Of a stretch of DNA of 64,000 nucleotides, positions 47,078 to 56,469 are shown in pieces. The stretch lies in contig CAYQWX010000004.1 in assembly GCA_964421355.1 (NCBI GenBank), positions 442 to 64,441 on the forward strand, in the 5' to 3' direction. The notes under the pieces were generated by a model. The model was not told the DNA's origin. It worked only from the letters and a program-made list of their open reading frames with translations, and did not search any database. Source of the stretch: an uncultured Bacteroidales bacterium (lineage in GTDB: Bacteria > Bacteroidota > Bacteroidia > Bacteroidales > JALTDM01). Every line of letters starts with the position of its first letter. The first letter of the stretch is position 1. The position numbers and the translations under genes are program-made.

Positions 47078-50000
47078 TTATATCTTAATTCCTATCATAA
47101 CAACATCATCTGTTTGTTCGTTTTCTCCTTTCCAATTTTCAAATTCTTTTTCCAATAGTTCTTTTTGGAAATCCATAGGGTATTTACTAATAGAAATTAA
47201 AAAAGCTTTCAATCTTTTTTTAGAATATTTTTTGCCTTTGGGGCCTCCGAATTGATCTATAAAGCCATCAGAGAATATGTATATATTATCTCCTTCTTCT
47301 AATTTAATGATATGGCTAACAAATGGTTCTTCATTTACATAAAATCCTATTGGATTTCTTGTTGCCTTATATTCTATAATCTCATCTTTTCTGACAATAA
47401 ACAAAGGATTAAATGCTCCCGAATAATCTAATTCTTTATTTTTTATGTTTAATGTGCATAATGCAATATCCAATCCGTTTTTATTTTCTGTTCCAAAATC
47501 ATAAAAAATACTCTTTACCCTATATCGTAGCATTTCTAATGCTTGAGAAGCTTTTGTTACTGTTTTTGTGGAAATTATATCATTAAGACTTGTTATTGCT
47601 ATCATAGATATAAAAGCTCCGGATACTCCGTGTCCCGTACAATCTCCTGCTGCAAAGATTAAATATTCTTCCGTCTTTTTAAAGTAATAAAAGTCTCCGC
47701 TTACTTCATTCCTTGGTTTAAAAATGACAAAACTTTTTTCCCAATATTTAGATATTAAAGAAGCAGAGGGGAGCAAAGCCTCTTGAATTGTTTTTGCATA
47801 TCTAATGTTTTCAGTAATTTCTTTATATGCCCGTTCTATTTTTTCTCTATTTATTTTTAATATTTTTTCTTGCTTTACCCGTTCTGTAATATCTTCAAAC
47901 ACCCCAATTATTCCTGCAATATTTCCATTATTATCAAAAAAAGGAAGTTTTGATATAGACATCCAATATTCTTCCCCTTCGTTTTCATATTTTTTCACTT
48001 TATTTAAAATCGGTTTTCCTGTTTTAAGGGCTTCTTTATCTAAATCTTCGCATTCTGTTTTTATTATGTCAGATTGTACTTCAGCATCTGTTTTCCCTAT
48101 TATTTCTTTAAATCTTTTGCCTAACAATTTAGCATATTTCTTGTTTACTTCTATATATCTGAGATTAATATCTTTATAATAAATAGCTTGAGGCAAATTG
48201 TTTATAAGAAGTTCTTTTTGGTGATTTAATTCTTGTATTTTGTTTTGATATTCTATATCGGAAGTAATATCATAAACCAAGGCTTCTACTCCTTTGAAGT
48301 TATTATATTTATCAAATATTGCACGAGCATTAAATCTGGCATATCTTAATTTATTTTTCTTTGTTTTATACACTATCATATAGTTAAGGATACTACCTTC
48401 TGCTTTTATGGTTTGGGTTAATTCTATTAATACTTCTTTAGGTATAACCCAATAATAGGCAATATGTTTACCTATTATTTCATTTTCTGAATCCAATTCC
48501 AAATATTTTTTTATAGAAGGGCTTGTTTCTATACATCTAAAATAAGAATCAGTACGTATATATACATCATTCATATGCTTTATAGTATCCTGATATTTTT
48601 TCAGCAGAGATTCTATTTTTATTTTTTGTTCACTTACTTTAATATTTATTGACATTAATAAATCATTCTGTTGTTGTAATTCCTCTTCCGATTCTTTTAG
48701 TTTTAATAATGTTTTTTTAAGTTCTTTTTGCTGTTTTTCTATTTGAGTTGCTTGGGTACGTATTTCTATATTTTGCTTTATGTTATGCATATACGCTTGC
48801 TTAAGTTTTTGTGTTTTTTCTTTTAGATTTTTATTTAACCTGCGTGTACGCCTTATGTTTATTAACATATATGTAATAATAATTATAAGTAATGTAATTA
48901 TAATAAGTGCAAATAATTTTTGTCTGTTATCCAGTTTAGCTTTAAGTTCTTGTTTTTTTGCTTTTACTTCATATAATTCTTTTTCTTTTCTTAATTTTTC
49001 TATTATTAATTTGCTCCTTTCTTCTTTATATTTTCCCTCTATATTTCTGATAATAGCCAATTTTTTAGAATCATATAATTTGTCTTGTATAGAAATGTAT
49101 TCAGTAGCATACCTCCATGCTTTTTTATATTTTTTTAGGTGTCCAAAAGCATCTGATAAGATTTTTGCAGCAGAAGCCTTATAAGCAACATTACCGTTAT
49201 TATCTGCTAATTCATATATTATTTTTGCAAAATGAATAGCCTTTTCAAAATATTTATTTCGTAATTTTGGAGGAAGGTTATTTTGCATAGCATAGTTGAG
49301 ATATAAATTAGCAAGAGAATTATAAGCTACTCCAAGCCCTTCTTTTTTTTCTTCTTTGTCGTATAATGATATTGCTTTATTGTAATATTTTTCTGCTTTA
49401 TCAAGTTGTTTTATTTTGTTGTATAAATTCCCTATATTGATATAAGTGATATATAATCCTTCTCTATCTTTTAATTTTACAGCAATTTGGATAGCCTTAT
49501 GATAATAAAATAAAGCTGTATCGGGTTCTCCTATTTCTTCAAAAATAACACCTAAATTATTATAAATATTGATTTTGTATTTTACAATATTATTTTTTTG
49601 TGCAATTGACAAAGCCTTTTTATAATAAGGTAATGCATTATTATATAATTTCTGCTGCTTATATAAAACACCTAAATTATTATACAAATTAAGGATTTCT
49701 TCTTTATTGTTATCTTTTTCTGCAATTTTTAAAGCATTTAGATAATTTTCAATTGCTTTTTCAAATTCTCCTTTTTTCTTGTAAATAATTCCCAGACCGT
49801 TATAGCAATTCCCTATTATTTTTTCATAATTATTATGTTTTGCTAAACTTAAAGCCTTTTTGAACCATCTTTCCGCTATATCATATTGATTTTGGCTATC
49901 ATAAGTTGCTCCAATTAAATATTCCATACTTGCTATAAACAAACTGTCTTTTAACATAGATGCATATTCCAATGCTTTATGAAAATCATGATTCGCTTTT

Positions 50001-50287
50001 GGGTATTCTCCTCTGTAATAATAAACAACACCCCTTCGTTTATGTAATTTGTATAAAATTGCAGGTCCTCTATTTCTAGAAACAATATCAAAACTTTTTT
50101 GTATATAATACAATGAAGAATCTAAATCTCTTTCCAGATAAATATATGATAGCTTTAATAATACATTTACCTTACTTGTATCACTCTGTAGTTTATTGGA
50201 TTGTAAGATGTTTTTTAGGCTATCTATTGTAGAAGAGAATAATGTAAAAGGAATAAATAAGAGAAAAATAAAATAAAAGCGTCTCAT
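47078..50287 (-). CDS. Signal peptide / TPR array / TM / coiled coil / two PAS-like domains / SpoIIE PP2C phosphatase (1069 aa)
   Basis: TPR repeats of YNNLGxxY...AxxYYxKAL type span residues ~40-400. TM helix LFALIIITLLIIIITYMLINI lies at ~458-478. PAS-like regions lie at ~565-805. PP2C motifs are SGDFYYF, GDCTGHGVSGAFISM, FSDGFIDQFGG and QTDDVVMIGIKI. Confidence 0.85.
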   Translation of the reverse strand: MRRFYFIFLLFIPFTLFSSTIDSLKNILQSNKLQSDTSKVNVLLKLSYIYLERDLDSSLYYIQKSFDIVSRNRGPAILYKLHKRRGVVYYYRGEYPKANHDFHKALEYASMLKDSLFIASMEYLIGATYDSQNQYDIAERWFKKALSLAKHNNYEKIIGNCYNGLGIIYKKKGEFEKAIENYLNALKIAEKDNNKEEILNLYNNLGVLYKQQKLYNNALPYYKKALSIAQKNNIVKYKINIYNNLGVIFEEIGEPDTALFYYHKAIQIAVKLKDREGLYITYINIGNLYNKIKQLDKAEKYYNKAISLYDKEEKKEGLGVAYNSLANLYLNYAMQNNLPPKLRNKYFEKAIHFAKIIYELADNNGNVAYKASAAKILSDAFGHLKKYKKAWRYATEYISIQDKLYDSKKLAIIRNIEGKYKEERSKLIIEKLRKEKELYEVKAKKQELKAKLDNRQKLFALIIITLLIIIITYMLINIRRTRRLNKNLKEKTQKLKQAYMHNIKQNIEIRTQATQIEKQQKELKKTLLKLKESEEELQQQNDLLMSINIKVSEQKIKIESLLKKYQDTIKHMNDVYIRTDSYFRCIETSPSIKKYLELDSENEIIGKHIAYYWVIPKEVLIELTQTIKAEGSILNYMIVYKTKKNKLRYARFNARAIFDKYNNFKGVEALVYDITSDIEYQNKIQELNHQKELLINNLPQAIYYKDINLRYIEVNKKYAKLLGKRFKEIIGKTDAEVQSDIIKTECEDLDKEALKTGKPILNKVKKYENEGEEYWMSISKLPFFDNNGNIAGIIGVFEDITERVKQEKILKINREKIERAYKEITENIRYAKTIQEALLPSASLISKYWEKSFVIFKPRNEVSGDFYYFKKTEEYLIFAAGDCTGHGVSGAFISMIAITSLNDIISTKTVTKASQALEMLRYRVKSIFYDFGTENKNGLDIALCTLNIKNKELDYSGAFNPLFIVRKDEIIEYKATRNPIGFYVNEEPFVSHIIKLEEGDNIYIFSDGFIDQFGGPKGKKYSKKRLKAFLISISKYPMDFQKELLEKEFENWKGENEQTDDVVMIGIKI

Positions 50288-50294
50288 TCTATAC

Positions 50295-50702
50295 TTAATT
50301 TAACTTAATAGAATTTTCTTTTATAAAGGAAACATAACCTTGATCAGAGACTAATATATGATCAATTAACCAGTTAGCTAAAAAATTTACTAAATCTAAA
50401 ACAATATCCTCCCCCTTTTCTTTTCTTTCTATAAATTTTTGTATTTTTTCAAAAAAAATACGGTGTTCGGCTTTGTGTTTTATCTCGTTATTATAATTAA
50501 TTTGCTCAAATAGCCTTTCTTCTTCTGAAAAATGATATTTTGTGTAACTTACCAATTCATCTAATATTTCATCTAATATAGCAACCTGCTGTTCTTCAAC
50601 AATAATCCTATATAATTCGTTTAATATTTTCAATATGACTTTGTGTTGAATATCTATTTTTTCAATACCTGTTTCATATTCTTTTTTCCACTCAAAAAAC
50701 AT
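50295..50702 (-). CDS. Bacteriohemerythrin (stand-alone), first gene of the phosphatase operon
   Basis: IDIQH, YTKYHFSEEE, HKAEH and IDHILVSD. Its stop is separated from the phosphatase ATG by 7 nt. Confidence 0.8.
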   Translation of the reverse strand: MFFEWKKEYETGIEKIDIQHKVILKILNELYRIIVEEQQVAILDEILDELVSYTKYHFSEEERLFEQINYNNEIKHKAEHRIFFEKIQKFIERKEKGEDIVLDLVNFLANWLIDHILVSDQGYVSFIKENSIKLN

Positions 50703-50730
50703 TACTTATTTTGTATTTTTTTCAATTTTG

Positions 50731-50738
50731 CAAATATA
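50731..50738 (-). promoter_or_regulatory. -7 box candidate on minus strand (TATATTTG)
   Basis: Plus-strand caaatata, 29 nt upstream of the ATG at 50702. Confidence 0.4.
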
Positions 50739-50810
50739 ACAATATATTCAACTTGCGTTGAAGTTTTGGTAAAAAGGATTGTTTTTATAATTAAAGTTTT
50801 TTGCCTACAA

Positions 50811-50840
50811 CAAAAAAAGCCGCTGAAAATCAGCGGCTTT
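50811..50840 (-). terminator. Rho-independent terminator for the lipoprotein/ndk unit
   Basis: 11-bp perfect stem aaagccgctga / tcagcggcttt with a 3-nt loop. On the minus strand it is followed by a T7 run. Confidence 0.7.
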
Positions 50841-50856
50841 AAAAAATAAATACTTT

Positions 50857-51303
50857 TTATTTAGGTTCTAAATGATATTCATATGTATCATCTCCATTTT
50901 GATATTTCCACCACATCTCATTTTCATACAATTTTAAAATGGTATATTCTTCTGTGCCATCGGGATTCCCATCATCATCCAACCAAGTTATTATCAATTT
51001 CGTTTTATCACTATTAAAATCCCATTTAAAATTATTGTTAGAAGTAATATCTCCTAACCCGGAATGTATAATATGTGTTATTTTTCCTGTATTATCGTCT
51101 TCAAACAAATAATACAAATCCAAATTATCATCAGTTACATCTTTGCCATTTTTATACTCCTTTTTCACATGCCAATCATTTACTACACGAGCTTTTTTAC
51201 TCCTAAAACTAATAGTAGGACCTTCTTCGTATTTTTTACAACCTGTACCAACAAACATAAAGGCTACTAAACTTAATAATGCTAAATTTCTTAATGTTTT
51301 CAT
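50857..51303 (-). CDS. Hypothetical lipoprotein
   Basis: Signal peptide and lipobox from the internal Met (MKTLRNLALLSLVAFMFVGTGC). The listed ORF extends 8 codons further, to 51327. Confidence 0.55.
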   Translation of the reverse strand: MKTLRNLALLSLVAFMFVGTGCKKYEEGPTISFRSKKARVVNDWHVKKEYKNGKDVTDDNLDLYYLFEDDNTGKITHIIHSGLGDITSNNNFKWDFNSDKTKLIITWLDDDGNPDGTEEYTILKLYENEMWWKYQNGDDTYEYHLEPK

Positions 51304-51360
51304 AATTTTGTTATTTTTATTTATCACAAAAATAATCTTTTTTTATTATCCTACAACTTT

Positions 51361-51780
51361 TTATATAAATTCTAATTTTGAGAAAAAGTAAGAAACTTCT
51401 TTTATACCATTTTCTGGACTATCACTCCCGTGAACAGCATTTCTTTCTATATCTTCTCCAAAAAGTTTTCTCACTGTTCCTTCTTCAGCTTCTGCAGGAT
51501 TAGTAGCACCTATTAATTTCCTGTAATCTGCCACTGCATTTTCTTTTTCCAATGCCATTACAACTATTGGTCCTGAACTCATAAAATTTGTAAGTCCGTC
51601 AAAAAACGGCTTATCTTTATGCACTTCATAAAATCCTTCTGCTTCTTTTTTAGTTAAATGAAGCATTTTCATTGCCTTAATTTCAAACCCTGCTCCGAGA
51701 ATCATATCAATTATTTTTCCTGTAGCTCTTTTTTCTGTTGCATTTGGTTTGATAATAGCTAAAGTAATTTCTTTTTTCAT
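51361..51780 (-). CDS. ndk: Nucleoside diphosphate kinase
   Basis: [18 protein letters not shown] and the active-site context NAVHGSDS. 139 aa. Confidence 0.9.
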   Translation of the reverse strand: MKKEITLAIIKPNATEKRATGKIIDMILGAGFEIKAMKMLHLTKKEAEGFYEVHKDKPFFDGLTNFMSSGPIVVMALEKENAVADYRKLIGATNPAEAEEGTVRKLFGEDIERNAVHGSDSPENGIKEVSYFFSKLEFI

Positions 51781-51895
51781 AGTTAATCTATTTTTATTAG
51801 TTATACAATTTCCACTTAATGTAACTCATTTAGATCAATCAAAACTTTACAATCTAAATAAGTTAAATAATAAAGCAGCACAAAGATAAATGTTT

Positions 51896-51903
51896 TATTT
51901 TTG
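51896..51903 (+). promoter_or_regulatory. -7 box candidate (TATTTTTG)
   Basis: TAnnTTTG 33 nt upstream of the ATG at 51936. Confidence 0.4.
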
Positions 51904-51935
51904 CAATTATAAACCATAAGTAATTTTTGTAAAAC

Positions 51936-53333
51936 ATGAAAAACAAATATATAGATCTGATAGAACAAACATTTGACTTCCCCCAAGAAGAATTCAGAGT
52001 AGAAGACAACGAATTGTTATTTAATGAAATTCCGCTTATGGATATAATAAAGCAATATGGCACTCCACTAAAAATATCTTATCTTCCCAAAATAAGCCAT
52101 CAGATACAAAAAGCTCGTAGATTTTTTAATGTAGCTATGGCAAAAGTTGATTATAAAGGCAAATATTTTTATAGTTATTGCACCAAAAGTTCTCATTTTT
52201 CTTTTGTACTACAAGAAGTATTAAAAAACAATACTCATATAGAAACATCATCGGCTTTTGACATCAACATAGTGGAAAATCTCCACAAAGAAGGTTATTT
52301 ACCTAAAGACAGATATATTATTTGTAATGGCTTTAAACAAGAGCAATATTTACAGAATATTGCACGATTAGTAAAGAACGGTTTTGGAAATGTAATTCCC
52401 GTGTTAGATAACATGGAAGAAGTTAACTTTTATTTAGATAACCTCAAAAATCATAATTTGCAACTGGGTATCCGCATTGCAACTGAAGAAGAACCCAAGT
52501 TTATGTTTTATACTTCCAGACTTGGCATCCGTTATGAAAATATTATTCCTCTGTATAAACAAAAGTTAGCAAACCACCCACACTTTAAACTTAAAATGTT
52601 ACACTTTTTTATAAATACGGGAATAAAGGACACTGCATATTACTGGAACGAATTATCAAAAGCAGTAAATCTATATGTAGAACTTAAAAAGATGGAACCT
52701 GAACTGGAGTTCCTCAACATCGGTGGTGGTCTTCCTATCAAAAACTCTCTTTCTTTTGAGTATGATTACGAATACATGATTGAAGAAATTATATACCAAA
52801 TAAAAACTGTATGTAATAATGCTGGAGTACCCGAACCAAATATATTTACTGAGTTTGGCTCTTTTACAGTAGGAGAAAGTATGGCACACCTATACTCCAT
52901 CGTTAATCAGAAAAAACAAAATGATAGAGAATTATGGAATATGATAAATAGTTCTTTCCTCACAACCATACCTGACTCTTGGGCAATAAATCAAAAATTT
53001 TTGCTCTTACCTATAAATCATTGGGACAAAGAATACGAAAGAGTATTTTTAGGAGGTCTTACTTGTGATAGCGATGACTATTACAATTCGGAAACACATT
53101 CAAATGCTATATTTTTACCCCGCATTTCACAATTAGACACTCCTTTGCATATAGGCTTTTTCCATACCGGAGCATATCAAGATGCACTTGCGGGATATGG
53201 AGGCATACAACACTGTTTAATCCCGGCTCCTAAACATGTATTGATAGATAAAAAAGAAAACGGTGAATTCGTCACAAAATTATTTGCCAAAGAACAAACA
53301 TATAAATCTATGTTAAGAGTGTTGGGATATTAA
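51936..53333 (+). CDS. speA: Arginine decarboxylase-like PLP enzyme (Orn/DAP/Arg decarboxylase fold type III)
   Basis: 465 aa. PLP-Lys context YCTKSSHF, GGGLPI, EFGSFTV and GGLTCDSDD motifs. Confidence 0.7.
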   Translation: MKNKYIDLIEQTFDFPQEEFRVEDNELLFNEIPLMDIIKQYGTPLKISYLPKISHQIQKARRFFNVAMAKVDYKGKYFYSYCTKSSHFSFVLQEVLKNNTHIETSSAFDINIVENLHKEGYLPKDRYIICNGFKQEQYLQNIARLVKNGFGNVIPVLDNMEEVNFYLDNLKNHNLQLGIRIATEEEPKFMFYTSRLGIRYENIIPLYKQKLANHPHFKLKMLHFFINTGIKDTAYYWNELSKAVNLYVELKKMEPELEFLNIGGGLPIKNSLSFEYDYEYMIEEIIYQIKTVCNNAGVPEPNIFTEFGSFTVGESMAHLYSIVNQKKQNDRELWNMINSSFLTTIPDSWAINQKFLLLPINHWDKEYERVFLGGLTCDSDDYYNSETHSNAIFLPRISQLDTPLHIGFFHTGAYQDALAGYGGIQHCLIPAPKHVLIDKKENGEFVTKLFAKEQTYKSMLRVLGY

Positions 53334-53378
53334 ACAAATATAATTCTACACGAATAAATTTTCTAATTAAAAAACATT

Positions 53379-53386
53379 TACCTTTG
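53379..53386 (+). promoter_or_regulatory. -7 box candidate (TACCTTTG)
   Basis: TAnnTTTG 29 nt upstream of the ATG at 53415. Confidence 0.4.
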
Positions 53387-53414
53387 ACCTGCTTTTTGCA
53401 AACTTATAACAATA

Positions 53415-54542
53415 ATGAATAATTCTGACACACAAATAATTAAACAATTAACAGGTAATAAAACATTAATATCTATTGCTGAAAAAGTCTTAAACAACGA
53501 ACGCATTTCCGACGATGAGGCTTTAACATTATTTTCCGAAGCAGAACTCCCTTATTTAATGCACTTAGCAACATTCAAAAAAAAACAATTATCTGAAGAC
53601 AAAGTTTACTTTAACAAAAACTTCCATATAGAACCAACTAACATCTGTATTTACAGATGTACTTTTTGCTCTTATAGGAGAAATATTGGCGACGAAGATG
53701 CTTGGGACTACTCTATTGACAAAATGTTAGAAATTGTAGAATCGTTTGATGATAAAGATGTAACAGAAGTACATATAGTTGGAGGGGTGCATCCAAAACA
53801 CGATATCTATTTCTACACAGAACTTTTGAAAAAAATAAAAGTTCACCGCCCTAATATTCATATAAAAGCATTTACCGCTATCGAGCTGGAATTTATGATA
53901 AAAAAAGCCAAACTTCCTTTGGAAGAAGGGCTTAAAATACTAAAAGAAAGTGGGTTGGATTCCATTCCTGGTGGAGGAGCCGAAATATTTAACTGGGAAA
54001 TACGCAAAAAAATATGCAAAGACAAAGGGAAAGCAGAAAAATGGTTGGAAATACATCGCATTGCACATAAACTCGGTATAGCAAGCAATGCGACAATATT
54101 GTATGGACACATAGAGTCATACAAAGATAGAATAGACCATATGCATATGCTTCGCCACCTGCAAGATGAAACAAACGGATTTAATGCTTTTATCCCCCTT
54201 AAATACAAAAAGGAACACAATCAATTATCTCACATAGGCGAAGTATCTATAATAGAAGACTTGAAAAATTTTGCCGTATCGCGTTTATATCTTGATAATA
54301 TAAAACACATAAAAGCATATTGGCCCATGCTGGGTAAAGAAGAAGCCACACTTGCACTGTTTGCAGGAGCTGATGATATGGACGGAACAATAGATGACAC
54401 TACCAAAATATATTCTATGGCAGGGTCCGAAGAACAATCTCCTACTATGACTGTAGAAGAAATAACAACTCTAATCAAAAATGCAGGATACACACCTGTA
54501 GAAAGGGATTCTCTGTATAACGAAATAAAAAAACACTTATGA
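53415..54542 (+). CDS. CofH/MqnC/MqnE-family radical SAM enzyme (futalosine-pathway-like)
   Basis: CxxxCxxC in NICIYRCTFCSY, VHIVGG and the overall 375-aa TIM-barrel radical SAM pattern. The family member was not resolved. Confidence 0.65.
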   Translation: MNNSDTQIIKQLTGNKTLISIAEKVLNNERISDDEALTLFSEAELPYLMHLATFKKKQLSEDKVYFNKNFHIEPTNICIYRCTFCSYRRNIGDEDAWDYSIDKMLEIVESFDDKDVTEVHIVGGVHPKHDIYFYTELLKKIKVHRPNIHIKAFTAIELEFMIKKAKLPLEEGLKILKESGLDSIPGGGAEIFNWEIRKKICKDKGKAEKWLEIHRIAHKLGIASNATILYGHIESYKDRIDHMHMLRHLQDETNGFNAFIPLKYKKEHNQLSHIGEVSIIEDLKNFAVSRLYLDNIKHIKAYWPMLGKEEATLALFAGADDMDGTIDDTTKIYSMAGSEEQSPTMTVEEITTLIKNAGYTPVERDSLYNEIKKHL

Positions 54543-55447
54543 TATCTGTCTGCATACCAATATACAACTTTGATGTAAGCACTTTGCTTACTACCTTATC
54601 AAAACAGGTAGAAAAATATAATGGTGAAATAGTAGCAATAGATGATGCTTCTACTATACATACATTAAAACATGAAAACAAAAAGACTGCACAAAAACTA
54701 AAAAATGTTAAATACATTGAGATAAACAAAAATGCAGGTAGGTCAAAAATACGCAACTTATTTTTAAAATATACAAAATACCAATATCTACTATTTTTAG
54801 ATTGTGACTCTATTATTACATCACATACTTTTATCAAAAAATATGTAGAAACGATAAGGCAAGAACATCCTGAAGTAGTATATGGCGGACGAGTTTATGG
54901 GAATAAACCCTCTTCACGAAAAAATATTTTGAGATGGAAGCATGGCACATCATCTGAAACTAAACCTGCTCACATCCGCAAACTTACTCCTATAGAATCT
55001 TTTGACACAAACAATTTTTTGATACGGAGAGATATATTGGAAAAAATAAAATTTAATGAAGCATTACATAAATACGGACACGAATCAACATTGTTTGCAC
55101 ACGATTTAAAACGTTACGGAATAAAAGTTCTGCACATAGGCAATCCTGTTGCCAATGGAGAGTTGGAAGAAAACAAAGATTTTGTAAAAAAGACAGAACA
55201 AGCAATAGAAAACCTTATTTATATCATAAAACATATAGAATTATCTGAAGAGTTTGCTGAAGAAACACCTATTGTTCAAAAATATAAGAATGCAATAGAA
55301 CATAAAAGTTTATGGTGGTATAAAATACTATTTTTGCTACTAAAGTATTTTCTTAAATTATCATTATACACAGGATACGCTCCTTTATCCTTTTTTGAAT
55401 TTTACAAATTTGGCTACTTTATAACTCACTATGACAAAATAAAATAA
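54539..55447 (+). CDS. Family 2 glycosyltransferase
   Basis: ISVCIPIYN, IDDAST and FLDCDS (DxD). ATGA overlap with the preceding gene. Confidence 0.7.
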   Translation: MISVCIPIYNFDVSTLLTTLSKQVEKYNGEIVAIDDASTIHTLKHENKKTAQKLKNVKYIEINKNAGRSKIRNLFLKYTKYQYLLFLDCDSIITSHTFIKKYVETIRQEHPEVVYGGRVYGNKPSSRKNILRWKHGTSSETKPAHIRKLTPIESFDTNNFLIRRDILEKIKFNEALHKYGHESTLFAHDLKRYGIKVLHIGNPVANGELEENKDFVKKTEQAIENLIYIIKHIELSEEFAEETPIVQKYKNAIEHKSLWWYKILFLLLKYFLKLSLYTGYAPLSFFEFYKFGYFITHYDKIK

Positions 55448-55465
55448 ACTCACACAACACTAAAA

Positions 55466-56353
55466 ATGAACACCAAAAATGTAGCATTGGTATTAGGAAG
55501 CGGCGGAGCAAGAGGCATTGCACACATAGGTGTTATCAATGTTTTGGAAAAATACGGCTACAAAATCACATCTATTGCAGGCACATCTATGGGAGCTCTT
55601 GTTGGAGGAATATATGCAGATGGCGGACTTGGAACATTCACCGAATGGATAAGCAAACTTACCAAACGGGATATATTTAACCTTATGGATTTTACATTTA
55701 GTAAAAACGGCATAATAAAAGGAGAAAAAATTATAGAACAACTTACAGGAATGGTACCAGAAAAGAACATTGAGGATTTATCTATTCCTTATACTGCAAT
55801 AGCCACAGATATTATAAATGGCAAAGAGATAATATTTACACAAGGTAGCCTATACAATGCAATAAGGGCTTCTATATCTATTCCGACAGTGTTTTTACCG
55901 TTCAAATACAACAACACACTGCTTGTAGATGGAGGCGTATTAAACCCTATACCTGTAAATGCAGTAAAACGACAAAAAAATGATATGCTTGTAGTAGTAA
56001 ATGTAGGTTCACGAAAGCCTATTGACGAAAACATTTTACCACCTAAACAAAATTATAGCGAAGATGAAACAACAGATAAAAAAATAGAAAAAATATTTAG
56101 GATAATAGACCGATTTACACCAAAAAACAATTCGGACAAAATAGGATATTATAACCTGTTAAATAAAACTACAAGTCTAATGATACAAAAGATATCCGAA
56201 CTAACACTACAACTATACAACCCTGATATTTTAATAGAAATGCCACGCGAAACTTTTGGTACTTATGAATTTTTCAAAGCAAAAGAAATAATAAAAGTAG
56301 GAGAAATATTAACCCAAAAAGCATTAGAAACTGTGGGTTCCAGAAAAAATTAA
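55466..56353 (+). CDS. Patatin-like phospholipase (RssA-like)
   Basis: Oxyanion GSGGARG, nucleophile elbow GTSMGA and catalytic Asp context VDGGV. Confidence 0.85.
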   Translation: MNTKNVALVLGSGGARGIAHIGVINVLEKYGYKITSIAGTSMGALVGGIYADGGLGTFTEWISKLTKRDIFNLMDFTFSKNGIIKGEKIIEQLTGMVPEKNIEDLSIPYTAIATDIINGKEIIFTQGSLYNAIRASISIPTVFLPFKYNNTLLVDGGVLNPIPVNAVKRQKNDMLVVVNVGSRKPIDENILPPKQNYSEDETTDKKIEKIFRIIDRFTPKNNSDKIGYYNLLNKTTSLMIQKISELTLQLYNPDILIEMPRETFGTYEFFKAKEIIKVGEILTQKALETVGSRKN

Positions 56354-56469
56354 AGTGTTTTTTTAAATAATTTGAATTATATAATTCACAGAATAAAATT
56401 CATTGAACTCTTTACAAAACAACTATTTTGATATGATCAGTAACCGACTTATTATTTATTTCTAATTAG

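Noticed and set aside
55466-56353. Patatin phospholipase as a CBASS-type (CapV-like) effector
   Set aside because: No cyclic-nucleotide synthase or other CBASS component is adjacent. The 295-aa RssA-like architecture and housekeeping neighbours argue against a defence role.
56373-56388. 16-bp perfect palindrome TGAATTATATAATTCA between convergent genes, as a possible bidirectional terminator
   Set aside because: It is almost all A/T with no loop and no flanking T-run, so it is too weak to call. It is likely chance in AT-rich DNA.
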